DNA of 64,000 nt from a virus. The stretch lies in IMG/VR virus record IMGVR_UViG_3300031951_000028, one strand, 5' to 3'. The position numbers and the translations under genes were made by a program. This document shows positions 17,973-27,724 of the stretch, in pieces. The notes under the pieces are model-generated. The model saw only the letters and a program-made list of their open reading frames with translations, had not been told where the DNA came from and searched no databases. Each line of letters opens with the position of its first letter. Position 1 is the stretch's first letter.

Positions 17973-19061
17973 ATGATACCGATTTATACTCCTTGGATTG
18001 CAACAAATCAAAAGAAATATGTAAATGAATGTCTAGATACTAACTGGATATCTTCTAGAGGTGGGTTTGTTGAGCGATTTGAGGAAGAATTATCAAAATA
18101 TTTAAATGTTAAACACGTATTGACTGTATCTAATGGTACAGTATCTTTACAGCTAATATTAGCTGCGCTTGGGATAGGACATGGTGATGAAGTTCTAGTT
18201 CCAGAATTAACTTATGCTGCCTGCTTTTCTGCCATTCATTGGTCTGGCGCAAAAATTGCAACATTGCCTGTCGATGATAATGGGCAATGCATATCTAATT
18301 TAGATATTATAAAAAGATATATACAACCAAACACTAAAGCTTTATTATTACCACACCTCTATGGTAATTGTGCAGATGTTGAAGCTATTAGAAGTTTTTG
18401 TGAGTTAAAAAGAATCTATTTAATAGAAGATGCGGCCGAAGCTTTCGGTTGCGCAGTCAATGGACAAAAATTAGGAACTTTTGGTGTCGCTGGGTCTTTT
18501 TCTTTTTTCTCTAATAAAGTTATTACAACTGGAGAAGGCGGGGCGGTAGTCACTAATAATACTAACTTGTATGAAAAAATGAAATTAATGAGGTCTCAAA
18601 GCCATGTCAGCAATTTTTATCATCCAATGCCTGGTTTTAATTTTAGAATGACTAATATACAAGCCGCAATAGGCTGTGCTCAATTAGAAGATATAAATGA
18701 AATTGTATTTAGGAAAAAAGCAATAGCTGATTTTTATAGACTGTCTTTGGCCGGCCATGTAAAGTATTTTCCTAATAACTGCGAATCGACTGAGTGGATG
18801 CCTTTATTTGTTCATGATAGATATTTTTATGATACTATAAAAGATAAATTAAACAGTAAAGGTATAGATACACGTCCATGTTTTATGCCTCTTAGATCTA
18901 TGTGTTCTAGTGATAGTGATATAAAATGGAATTGTAATAAGCAATTTTATGAATCTTATTTTATTACTAGTGTATATCGCAAAGCTTTTAATTTACCATG
19001 TTATCCTAGTATGAGCAGTCAAGATTTATTAAAAGTAGTAGAAGAAGTAAGGAATATATAA
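17973..19061 (+). CDS. DegT/DnrJ/EryC1/StrS sugar aminotransferase (perosamine synthase-like)
   Basis: WISSRG, SNGT, IEDAAEA, SFFSNKVITTGEGG (PLP Lys), GFNFRMTNIQAAIG. Confidence 0.93.
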   Translation: MIPIYTPWIATNQKKYVNECLDTNWISSRGGFVERFEEELSKYLNVKHVLTVSNGTVSLQLILAALGIGHGDEVLVPELTYAACFSAIHWSGAKIATLPVDDNGQCISNLDIIKRYIQPNTKALLLPHLYGNCADVEAIRSFCELKRIYLIEDAAEAFGCAVNGQKLGTFGVAGSFSFFSNKVITTGEGGAVVTNNTNLYEKMKLMRSQSHVSNFYHPMPGFNFRMTNIQAAIGCAQLEDINEIVFRKKAIADFYRLSLAGHVKYFPNNCESTEWMPLFVHDRYFYDTIKDKLNSKGIDTRPCFMPLRSMCSSDSDIKWNCNKQFYESYFITSVYRKAFNLPCYPSMSSQDLLKVVEEVRNI

Positions 19062-19582
19062 TGTTATTTAATTTAGATAAGTGGCGCCCAAAAATTCAAG
19101 AATATATAACAAAACATTTAGTTAATCAAAAAGATAAAACTATTCTTGATGTTGGGTTTGGAGATTCGACTGGAGTTGCTTTAGGTTTAGGTTTAAATGT
19201 CCATGCGATGGATAAAAATACTTTTGGCAAGGCGCTGCCAGAATGTGTTAAATATATAGAATCTATATTAGATCCAGATATAGATAAAAAAGTGCCTCAG
19301 TATGATATTGTTATGGCTTGTGAAATGCTAGAGCATTGTGAAGATTTAAAACTTGCGTCTCAAAATATTATGAAATTAGTTAAACCAGGAGGTTTTGCTT
19401 TAATTACTATGCCTTGTTATTTACCTTGGCATCCCGGCGGCGACTATTATGGAGATTATTATAGGGTAATGCCTACTGGTTTAGTCAAATTATTCACTCC
19501 TCATAGAGTTATAGAAACTATATACCATTCAGAGTTAAAAGATATGCCTTATGGTATCGGCGCTATAGTTTATAAGAAATAA
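19061..19582 (+). CDS. class I SAM-dependent methyltransferase
   Basis: ILDVGFG, CEMLEH, LVKPGG, DYYR. Confidence 0.85.
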   Translation: MLFNLDKWRPKIQEYITKHLVNQKDKTILDVGFGDSTGVALGLGLNVHAMDKNTFGKALPECVKYIESILDPDIDKKVPQYDIVMACEMLEHCEDLKLASQNIMKLVKPGGFALITMPCYLPWHPGGDYYGDYYRVMPTGLVKLFTPHRVIETIYHSELKDMPYGIGAIVYKK

Positions 19583-19585
19583 GCC

Positions 19586-20452
19586 ATGAACATTTTATTA
19601 TATATATTTGCTGGAAATGGTGATTTAATTAATACTACTGGAGTTATTAAACAACTTAAATCACAATATCCTAATCTAACAATAGATTTTCTTGTAAAAG
19701 GCAGTCAAGCTTATTTACTTAAAAATAATCTATATATCAGACAAGTTTTATCTTTAGAAGATTATGGTTTAGTTTTTACTGGCAAAGACCCACGATCTCT
19801 TGATATAAACGTATTAAATAAATTTAAAGATTATAATAAATGTATTAATATGTGGAGCAAAAAACACCATGAGGATTTTCCAATATCTAAAACTATTATC
19901 TTAAAAGAACACGGTTTTAATCTTAAATTTAATAGAGAAGATATTAATGGAATATTATATCCAGACGAAGAAGATCGGAATATTGTCTTTGATTTTATTA
20001 ATGAAAATTTGGGTTTTTGGCAAGAAAAAGAAGTTGTGCTGATAGAAGATGACTCTATTAATGGAAGAACATTTAATTTTAAAGATCAGCTGGCGCAAAT
20101 TAATCATCAAAAAAATATAGCGGCGAAATTGATTGAAAAAGGATATGCCGTAATCAGCAACAGTATACCTAATACTATTCATTGTAATAATTTATCTCTA
20201 GTACAAATAAAACTTTTATTTGAATTAGTAGGTGATATTTTTCTAGGATTAAGCTCTGGAATGACTACAGTCTTCTTCACAGAAGGTAATTATGACAATA
20301 AAATGTTTATTATTGCTGGCAGAAAAGAATGGAATTATTGTAAACATATTAAAAGTATGAAAAAACATGCTTTTATTAAAAATTATACTTGGGAGACTTT
20401 AAATGCAGACCTTGGGATCTTTAATAGACCAATTGAGCGTAGTAAATCTTAA
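19586..20452 (+). CDS. GT9 (heptosyltransferase-like) glycosyltransferase
   Basis: GDLINTT..IKQLKSQYP..IDFLV..LLKNN..I and FLGLSSG. Confidence 0.75.
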   Translation: MNILLYIFAGNGDLINTTGVIKQLKSQYPNLTIDFLVKGSQAYLLKNNLYIRQVLSLEDYGLVFTGKDPRSLDINVLNKFKDYNKCINMWSKKHHEDFPISKTIILKEHGFNLKFNREDINGILYPDEEDRNIVFDFINENLGFWQEKEVVLIEDDSINGRTFNFKDQLAQINHQKNIAAKLIEKGYAVISNSIPNTIHCNNLSLVQIKLLFELVGDIFLGLSSGMTTVFFTEGNYDNKMFIIAGRKEWNYCKHIKSMKKHAFIKNYTWETLNADLGIFNRPIERSKS

Positions 20453-20705
20453 AATGTGGAATGCGCAAGAGTCATTATATGAAGTGAGAAAAATGACTTA
20501 TGAAGAGTTTGAAAAAGAATTCTTTAATAAAGAAAATTTTGAAAAGCTTTATAATTATTTTAAGAATGCGTGTGATTTAAATGTTCAGCGAAATGATCTA
20601 ATTGACGAAATAGATGAGACGTTTGCTGAAATCGTTATAAAAGTTGTAGAAAATAAAAAAATAGATACTGATAAGTTAAAAAGAAAGAAACACAAAACAT
20701 ATTAA
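20403..20705 (+). CDS. DUF4254-like small helical protein
   Basis: TLGSLIDQLSVVNLKMW and LNVQRNDLIDEID. Confidence 0.65.
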   Translation: MQTLGSLIDQLSVVNLKMWNAQESLYEVRKMTYEEFEKEFFNKENFEKLYNYFKNACDLNVQRNDLIDEIDETFAEIVIKVVENKKIDTDKLKRKKHKTY

Positions 20706-20706
20706 T

Positions 20707-21783
20707 ATGAAACTTTTATTCATCCCTTCTGGTCATCCTTTAATGGAGGCAGATTTATGTTTGATGTGGGAAAAGTTAGGTATAGATTGGATATCTACTG
20801 GATACTACTCTAAGTCAGAAAAGCCAGGCGATCTCCCATATATAAATTCAATGAAGCATAAAAATTTATTGAATCTATTAGATAAAGAAACTAAATGGAC
20901 TTATGATTCTGATAGGCCAAATCATCATTGTGGACAAAAAAATTTTCAATGGACCGGTCAAGTAATTAATAACTGTTTTTCTTTTTCTAGAAAATTTATA
21001 GAGAATTTTGACTGTGTAGTGGCCACTCATTTTGTTGATACTATATATAATAATATTAATGTTTTACGAAATAAAAGATTATTTTTATATACTTATGGAA
21101 TGCATTATTTAGAAGATGAGAAAAAAATTATTGAATTAAAAGAAAAACATGGGCTAACTGTTATTAGAAATTCGCCAATGGAAAAGTTGCGACCAGGAGC
21201 AATCGCGGCAAACGATCCTGTTATACGTGGTTGTATAGTTAAAGACCATGAAGAATTATCTGGGTGGAACGGTGAGACAAATAATTTTTGTACTTTTTCT
21301 TCTTTTATTAATTTGCCTGATAAATTATGCCAAACTCGTAGGAAATATTATACAGAGATTATTAAGAAAACTAAAAGAGAGTGCCATTTATTTGGCATCA
21401 ATAGTGGCACATTTTTAAAACACGAAGATAAACTTAATGTTCTTAGAAACTATAGGGCTAATCTAGTAATAGGCTCTCCTAATGCCAATAATACATACAG
21501 TTTTGTTGAAGCGTGGGTTATGGGGCAGCCAGTAGTATGCTTTGGGCCAGAAATGTGGCAAACTAAATATTCTGAGCCAGCTACATTAATTGAAAATGGA
21601 GTTAATGGTTTTATAGGAAATACTGTTGATGAATGTATTGAATACTTGAATTTATTAGGTGATGATTTTGAGTTGGCTAAGAAAATAGGCGCGGCAGGCA
21701 GAGCTTCTGCCTTACAATATTATAGTAGAGATATATTAGCTGATAAGTGGAAAACTTTATTTGTACAAAATGGATTAATTTAA
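20707..21783 (+). CDS. GT4-like glycosyltransferase
   Basis: SFVEAWVMGQPVV, LIENGVNGFI, AKKIGAAGR. Confidence 0.8.
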   Translation: MKLLFIPSGHPLMEADLCLMWEKLGIDWISTGYYSKSEKPGDLPYINSMKHKNLLNLLDKETKWTYDSDRPNHHCGQKNFQWTGQVINNCFSFSRKFIENFDCVVATHFVDTIYNNINVLRNKRLFLYTYGMHYLEDEKKIIELKEKHGLTVIRNSPMEKLRPGAIAANDPVIRGCIVKDHEELSGWNGETNNFCTFSSFINLPDKLCQTRRKYYTEIIKKTKRECHLFGINSGTFLKHEDKLNVLRNYRANLVIGSPNANNTYSFVEAWVMGQPVVCFGPEMWQTKYSEPATLIENGVNGFIGNTVDECIEYLNLLGDDFELAKKIGAAGRASALQYYSRDILADKWKTLFVQNGLI

Positions 21784-22628
21784 TGGATATTTTATTATTA
21801 GGCGCTGGAAGAAGAATATCTTTAATTGAGCGTTTTCAGAAAAAAGGGTTTAATGTTTCAGTATATGAAACTGAAGACAACGCCCCTTCAAATTTAATAG
21901 CTAAAAATTGTAAACATCTTTATAATAATGATAAAGAGGTTTGCGCGGCCCATCCTTGGTATCTAGCTTGTATGGATAAATTAACTATATTAGATTATCC
22001 TAATTATATAGGAAGCCCATTCACTGCATCTTATGCTTGTTATGATAAGGCTGGTTTTGAAGCTATTGTTGGTTTTTACTTTGCTAAATATTATCCTTTT
22101 TCCAGAATGTGGGATTCCAAAATTATTAAACCGCGTTTTGGCAATAGTAGTAAAGGGTTTAGGCCAGCTAATTGGAATGAAGATTTTAATTATAAAACCG
22201 AAGTAATGCAAAAAAAACTTGATGGGGCCGAATACTCAGTAGATTGTTATTTCAATAGAAATTCAAAATTTATTGGTGGCGTATCTAGAATTAGACAAAG
22301 AGTCGCGGGCGGCGAGGTTATAGACTCACAAGTAGATATGAAATATGATATGCTTGAAGTCACTGCCACTATTGGTGAATTTTTTAATATGAGAGGTCCC
22401 GCATGCTTCCAATATATGCTTGCTGATGATGGGTCTTTCAAATTATTTGAGATAAACGCTAGGGCCGGTGGAGGAATTATTTTATCTATGGAAGCTGGAT
22501 TAGATATCGCAGAATATATAAAACAGGAATATTATTTAGAAAAAGAAGTAAAGCCAATAGATTTAAATTCTATTAATAATGGCTTAATTATGAGAAGAGT
22601 TAATAAGGAGTTTTTCTTTAATGCCTAA
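21783..22628 (+). CDS. ATP-grasp ligase
   Basis: GAGRR, DK, IKPRFGNSSKG, EYSVD, FEINARAGGG; TAATG coupling. Confidence 0.85.
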   Translation: MDILLLGAGRRISLIERFQKKGFNVSVYETEDNAPSNLIAKNCKHLYNNDKEVCAAHPWYLACMDKLTILDYPNYIGSPFTASYACYDKAGFEAIVGFYFAKYYPFSRMWDSKIIKPRFGNSSKGFRPANWNEDFNYKTEVMQKKLDGAEYSVDCYFNRNSKFIGGVSRIRQRVAGGEVIDSQVDMKYDMLEVTATIGEFFNMRGPACFQYMLADDGSFKLFEINARAGGGIILSMEAGLDIAEYIKQEYYLEKEVKPIDLNSINNGLIMRRVNKEFFFNA

Positions 22629-22938
22629 AACTATAGTAATTGATATGGATGGAACTATATGTGAAGAGTGTAGCACTTTTGATAAGTATTGTGCGCAACC
22701 GAAGATTGGCGCGATTCAATCAATAAATCATTTATATGAAGAAGGTAATATAATTATTATTTATACGGCTCGCGCATGGCCTATGTTTAAAATGACTAAA
22801 GACTGGCTTGAAAAATATGGAGTAAACTACCATACTTTAATTTGTGGGAAGCCTCAAGCTGATTATTTTATAGATGATAGATCATTTACATCTATAAATC
22901 AATTTATGAATTATAAGAAGGATCATTTAAATGGCTAA
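22621..22938 (+). CDS. HAD-family phosphatase (capsule-biosynthesis type)
   Basis: DMDGT, YTAR, GKP..DYFIDDR. Confidence 0.88.
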   Translation: MPKTIVIDMDGTICEECSTFDKYCAQPKIGAIQSINHLYEEGNIIIIYTARAWPMFKMTKDWLEKYGVNYHTLICGKPQADYFIDDRSFTSINQFMNYKKDHLNG

Positions 22939-23656
22939 GCCAAAAATTGCAGTATGCTCAATGTTTAGAGATTCACAGGTTTGGTTTAATAAACAAACTA
23001 ATCAAGTATACAGATTGTTTTCATCTCTATTAGATCAAACATATGGATTTGAAAATTTACAATGTTATTTTTTAGAGGGTGACTCGTTAGATAACACTAA
23101 TGAAGTTTTACAAAATCTTGTAGAAAAATATAGTAATGTAAAACTCTTTAATAAAGAGGCAACATTTAACAGCGTGGTCTCAACCACTAATAAAAATAGA
23201 ATTAAATCAATGTCAAATTTAGGTTCGTATTTAATTAACCAAGTGGAAGAAGATTTAATATTTTGGGTAGAATCAGATCTTATTATAAAACCAGATATTA
23301 TACAAAGACTTTATGATAGAATGACTAAAATTCCTGAAAGTGTTAGTTCTGTTATTTCCGCTCCTTGTTATTATGGTAAAGATGGCCAATTTTATGATAC
23401 TTGGGCCTATAGGAATCTAGATGGTTCTAACTGGCGTCCAGATACTAATATGAGAAATTCTGGTATGGTAAAAATGCAGAGCGTTGGTTCTTGCGCGTTA
23501 ATACGCCGAGCTAATAATCTCGCTGTTAATTTTGGTGACGGGGCTTTTGTTGAATTGTGTGAACGAGTTAATAATTCTGGTGGAGTTGTATACGCTGATT
23601 GCAATCAATCGGTAGAGCATCCAAGAAACGAATTCATATCAGGGAGATGGATATGA
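22931..23656 (+). CDS. GT-A glycosyltransferase (GT2/Anp1-like)
   Basis: EGDSLDNT, WVESD, FYDTWAYR, SVGSC. Confidence 0.7.
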   Translation: MAKPKIAVCSMFRDSQVWFNKQTNQVYRLFSSLLDQTYGFENLQCYFLEGDSLDNTNEVLQNLVEKYSNVKLFNKEATFNSVVSTTNKNRIKSMSNLGSYLINQVEEDLIFWVESDLIIKPDIIQRLYDRMTKIPESVSSVISAPCYYGKDGQFYDTWAYRNLDGSNWRPDTNMRNSGMVKMQSVGSCALIRRANNLAVNFGDGAFVELCERVNNSGGVVYADCNQSVEHPRNEFISGRWI

Positions 23657-24408
23657 TAGGTATAATGATAACTGCAACAAATAATTATTTCCCTTTAGGG
23701 TTAAGATTTGTTCATAGATATCTTAGGTTTTCTAAACAGGCAGAAGAAACTTTATTCTTTTTCTTTTCTGAAAAGGATCCTAGTGAATACCTTAAACAGC
23801 ATGAATCTACTAAAGTGATATGGATAAAAACAGAACATAGTAATTGGTTAGAGGGCGTAAATAATAGATTCAAAAATACTATAGATTTTGTTTTTGGAAA
23901 AAATATAGATTATATATATAATATAGATTCTGACACTAATTTTGATAAAAGTTTTGAATTGCCAAAAGTTAATGGTATTGTGGCTGGTGAACATTTTGGT
24001 AATAATAGCTGGATGAAAGATAGAAAAAATTACGATAGAAATCCTCAATCTATGTCATACGTTCCAGAAAATACTCAATTACCACAAATGTATTATTTGG
24101 GCGCGTTTTGGGGAGGTGAGGTATCAAAAGTAAAAGAGATGTGCGCAACCCTCTATTTTTGGCAAGTGCAAGATAAAACAATTAATTATGAGCCAGGAGT
24201 AAATGATGAAAGTTATTTAAATAAATATCTTCATTATAATCCTCCAAACTATACAATCTTATATAAAGATTTCCCAATGATGATATCTTGTAAAGGGGGA
24301 ATACAGAATATAAGATATAATAATCCTGCCCAAATAGAAAAACTTTTAAAAGATATTAAAATTGCTAATAATTGGAATATATTAAATGGAGTAGTACAAC
24401 ATGATTAA
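23653..24408 (+). CDS. GT6 family glycosyltransferase
   Basis: ATNNY, IDSD, YDRNPQS, YYLGAFWGG, NDESYLNKY; ATGA overlap start. Confidence 0.85.
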   Translation: MIGIMITATNNYFPLGLRFVHRYLRFSKQAEETLFFFFSEKDPSEYLKQHESTKVIWIKTEHSNWLEGVNNRFKNTIDFVFGKNIDYIYNIDSDTNFDKSFELPKVNGIVAGEHFGNNSWMKDRKNYDRNPQSMSYVPENTQLPQMYYLGAFWGGEVSKVKEMCATLYFWQVQDKTINYEPGVNDESYLNKYLHYNPPNYTILYKDFPMMISCKGGIQNIRYNNPAQIEKLLKDIKIANNWNILNGVVQHD

Positions 24409-24688
24409 AAAAATATTAAAGTTTTTATCTGAATATTGGCCATTAGCTCTTGGAAGTTTATGTGCTTTATTTTTTGTAGGAGTGTCTATTGCTTTTTATT
24501 GTTCTGTAATAGCTTTTCAAGACTCTCGAAAAGCGCATAAAAACACACAAAAATTAGAACCTTTTATTGTTCTCGGTCAAGATTTGCGTGGTTATGAAAT
24601 AAGGAAAGATCAAAGCAAATATTGGATTTTTACTAATGGTTCTGGTGAACCTGTAGTTGTAGATGTAACTTACAAGCCGGGGTTTTAA
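24401..24688 (+). CDS. small membrane protein
   Basis: One hydrophobic helix near the N-terminus. Confidence 0.6.
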   Translation: MIKKILKFLSEYWPLALGSLCALFFVGVSIAFYCSVIAFQDSRKAHKNTQKLEPFIVLGQDLRGYEIRKDQSKYWIFTNGSGEPVVVDVTYKPGF

Positions 24689-25629
24689 TGAGATTATTTA
24701 TTACTGGTGGTAGTGGTTATTTAGGCAAGCACTTAATAAAACACTACTATAATAAAGCAGACATCACTATTTTTTCTAGAGATGAAGCTAAGCAGTTTTT
24801 AATTAAGCAGCAATATCCAGATGTCAAATGCGTACTTGGAGATGTAAGAAATTATGATAGTCTTTTAAGAGCAATGAGACAATATTGGCCTACGCACGCA
24901 GTGTTTGCTGCTTCTATGAAACATATAGATGCTTGTAGAGATAATTATCAAGAAGCTAATGATATTATAGTTAAGGGCGCTTTCAATAGTAGACAAGCTG
25001 CTGAAGAATGCGGAGTAGATGCTGCATGTTTTATTTCTTCTGATAAAAGTAGAGCAGCGACAACTATTTATGGCTCAATGAAATACACGGCTGGTGAAGC
25101 TTTTATTACAAATCCAACTGATATGAAAGTTAATACTTTAGTATATGGAAATGTAATGAATAGTACTGGATCTATAATTCCTAAAATTTGGGAGACTATT
25201 AGATCTAACACCAATAGTTATGGTCGTTATCTATCTTTATATCATTCAGATATGACTAGATTTTTATATGATATTAAAGATGCTGTATCTTTAATTGATT
25301 ATGCACTATCTCCGGAAGCTCCTAATGGAACTACTATGGTGCCATATATCAAAAGTTTTAAAATTATAGATTTATTTAATTTATATACCCAGCAATTTGG
25401 CTTGACATGGAATCTAAGCTCGCCAAGGCCTGGTGAAAAACTTCACGAAATTCTTATTTCTAAAGAAGAATGGGCTCGGACGACAGAAGATCCTTATAGA
25501 TCATTATATTTTATCCATAATGATTTCCAGAATAAATTAAATTTTGATACAGATTTCTCAAGTAGAGATTATTGTATAAGCAAAACAGAATTAAAAATGT
25601 ATTTAGAACAAAATGGATGGTTTAAATGA
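24688..25629 (+). CDS. UDP-GlcNAc 4,6-dehydratase-like SDR (PseB/CapD type)
   Basis: TGGSGYLG, SRDEAKQ, SSDKS, YGSMK, YGNVMNSTGS, MTRF, RPGEKLHE. Confidence 0.9.
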   Translation: MRLFITGGSGYLGKHLIKHYYNKADITIFSRDEAKQFLIKQQYPDVKCVLGDVRNYDSLLRAMRQYWPTHAVFAASMKHIDACRDNYQEANDIIVKGAFNSRQAAEECGVDAACFISSDKSRAATTIYGSMKYTAGEAFITNPTDMKVNTLVYGNVMNSTGSIIPKIWETIRSNTNSYGRYLSLYHSDMTRFLYDIKDAVSLIDYALSPEAPNGTTMVPYIKSFKIIDLFNLYTQQFGLTWNLSSPRPGEKLHEILISKEEWARTTEDPYRSLYFIHNDFQNKLNFDTDFSSRDYCISKTELKMYLEQNGWFK

Positions 25630-26471
25630 AGATATTTATATTCGGCGCGAATGGAATGCTGGGGTCATATTTAAGTAATTTTTTCTCTAACGCAAATGCC
25701 GTACCAATCACAAGACAAGATATAGATATAACTAAAGTAAATGCAAGATCTATTTCTTCATTTCTTAGAAACCGAGGGCTTAAATATGGAGACGTTGTTA
25801 TTAATGCTGCTGGCATAATCAAACAACGCAAGTCAACGCCCGAGGAAATGTTTTTAGTTAATACCGTATTTCCTAAATATTTATCTGACATCTGCACAAA
25901 ACTTGGGTCCAAAAATATACATATCTCTACTGATTGTGTATTTAGTGGTTTAGACAATAGTGTATATATGGAATCAGATTACCCTACTCCTAATGATTAT
26001 TATGGTTTTACAAAATATGCTGGTGAACAGCATAATGTAACTTTAATCAGAACCTCAATAATTGGTGAAGATAAGACTGGCTTAAGTTTATTAGGCTGGG
26101 CGCGCAAAAACGCAGGTAAAGAGATAGACGGTTATATTAATCATTATTGGAATGGTTTAACTTGTTTAGAGTTGTGTAAGTATATAGATTGTTTATTAAT
26201 AAAAGATAGGTTATTTACTGGTTTACAGCATGTGGCTACTAGCATAAAAATAAGTAAATATGAATTATTAAATATATATAACGAAGTATTTGATTTAGGA
26301 TTAACTATCAAACCACTTCATGCTACCTATACTTGTGATAGATCATTATGGTCTATGAAAGAGAATACTTATGATAATATTGTTTATATTAAAAACGATT
26401 ATCACCAGCAAATGAAAGAACTTAAAGATGCGAAAAATATTTATAGTGACTTCGGTCATAGAGGCATCTAA
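25626..26471 (+). CDS. RmlD-like NDP-4-keto-sugar reductase
   Basis: GANGMLG, INAAG, HISTDCVFSG, YGFTK, RTSIIG. Confidence 0.9.
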   Translation: MKIFIFGANGMLGSYLSNFFSNANAVPITRQDIDITKVNARSISSFLRNRGLKYGDVVINAAGIIKQRKSTPEEMFLVNTVFPKYLSDICTKLGSKNIHISTDCVFSGLDNSVYMESDYPTPNDYYGFTKYAGEQHNVTLIRTSIIGEDKTGLSLLGWARKNAGKEIDGYINHYWNGLTCLELCKYIDCLLIKDRLFTGLQHVATSIKISKYELLNIYNEVFDLGLTIKPLHATYTCDRSLWSMKENTYDNIVYIKNDYHQQMKELKDAKNIYSDFGHRGI

Positions 26472-27159
26472 TTCAGTATTTTCAACTGAAATTAGATTAA
26501 CCCAAACAATAGATACTATTGAATCTATAAGTAGACAGCAGCCGTCAGCAGATATTATATTTGTTGACGGCTCGCCTAATTCTTATGCTAAAATTATCAA
26601 GCGGATCAATCCAAAAATAAATTATATGCATATAGCGCGCGAGCGGCCTGATTTGCTTAATGATGTATTATATAGTGATAATAAAAGTATAGGCGAGGCT
26701 ACTTTAATTAAAGCAGTTATAGACCGTGATTTACTTAAATTATTAGATTATGATTTTATTATTAAGGCCACAGGTAGATATTATTATGAGAATTTAAATG
26801 ATAAATATTTTCAAGAATCCTCTGTTAATAAATTTCTTTTTATACAGAGCAAAGATGATGTTAGAGAATGGAATAATGGGCGTGTGGATTACTCCTTAAT
26901 TAAGGACCTAAGATACCCTGATGGCAAGCGCCATATATTTAAAACTGGTTTGTACGCATTATCTACTAAAAAACTTTGGCGTTTTAGGGATAAGCTTGCA
27001 AACATTATTACCAAACTAAAAAATCCTCTATACCAGAATTATGATATAGAGAATTTATTATATAATGAATTATTAGATGAGGTGGTGTCTAATAATATCA
27101 TCAATGTTGATTGGAAAATTTTAGGTTGGTGCGCTAATGGTATTTTTGTTAATACTTAA
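26428..27159 (+). CDS. hypothetical protein, probable glycosyltransferase-like
   Basis: R..QTIDTIESI, IIFVDGS, NKSIGE, IKATGRY motifs; last gene of glycan cluster. Confidence 0.55.
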   Translation: MRKIFIVTSVIEASNSVFSTEIRLTQTIDTIESISRQQPSADIIFVDGSPNSYAKIIKRINPKINYMHIARERPDLLNDVLYSDNKSIGEATLIKAVIDRDLLKLLDYDFIIKATGRYYYENLNDKYFQESSVNKFLFIQSKDDVREWNNGRVDYSLIKDLRYPDGKRHIFKTGLYALSTKKLWRFRDKLANIITKLKNPLYQNYDIENLLYNELLDEVVSNNIINVDWKILGWCANGIFVNT

Positions 27160-27398
27160 TCTTTGCGCCAAAAATAAGGAAATAATATATTTAATATATA
27201 CTTTCTAGTTTCACAACTACAAGTGATATTATTTATATCTCTACCCCAATTCCATGGAAGATATTTTTTCTTCCATTTAATATAAGACGCGCTGGTTATC
27301 CCTACGCAATGAAGCCAGTGCTCAACTGAGTCGCCCAAGCCACCTGGGCGGCTTTTTAATTCTTTATATTGTGGATATAGTTTCATTAATAAAACCAA
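27156..27398 (-). CDS. hypothetical protein (GLGD...CSC type)
   Basis: GLGDSV..GI..CSCETRK..LN resembles a recurrent small phage domain. Confidence 0.65.
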   Translation of the reverse strand: MVLLMKLYPQYKELKSRPGGLGDSVEHWLHCVGITSASYIKWKKKYLPWNWGRDINNITCSCETRKYILNILFPYFWRKD

Positions 27399-27724
27399 TT
27401 ATAAACTAGAAAAGTTAATAATATAGCTTGACATAGAGCTAGTGCATTAATTATTGTAAATGCATATTTTGGATTTAAATAAAGAATCCATCTCACGATT
27501 CCTAGTACAAGTATCGTCATAAACACTTTTATTGCTACGAACCGTGAAACGTCCCATTCATCACAATGTAGAATTAAACGAGCTATTGGATTAAGCTCAT
27601 ATTCTGGTAAATTATCACAATATTTAATTGTTAAATATACGTCTACAGAACTAACAAAACCTATGAAAAGCCAGCATAGATAAAACCAAACACATTTAAT
27701 TTTGTCTGAGTATTTTTTCAGCAT
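27386..27724 (-). CDS. DUF5658-like membrane protein
   Basis: Three hydrophobic segments; D.YLT and ELNPIARLIL. Confidence 0.65.
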   Translation of the reverse strand: MLKKYSDKIKCVWFYLCWLFIGFVSSVDVYLTIKYCDNLPEYELNPIARLILHCDEWDVSRFVAIKVFMTILVLGIVRWILYLNPKYAFTIINALALCQAILLTFLVYNWFY

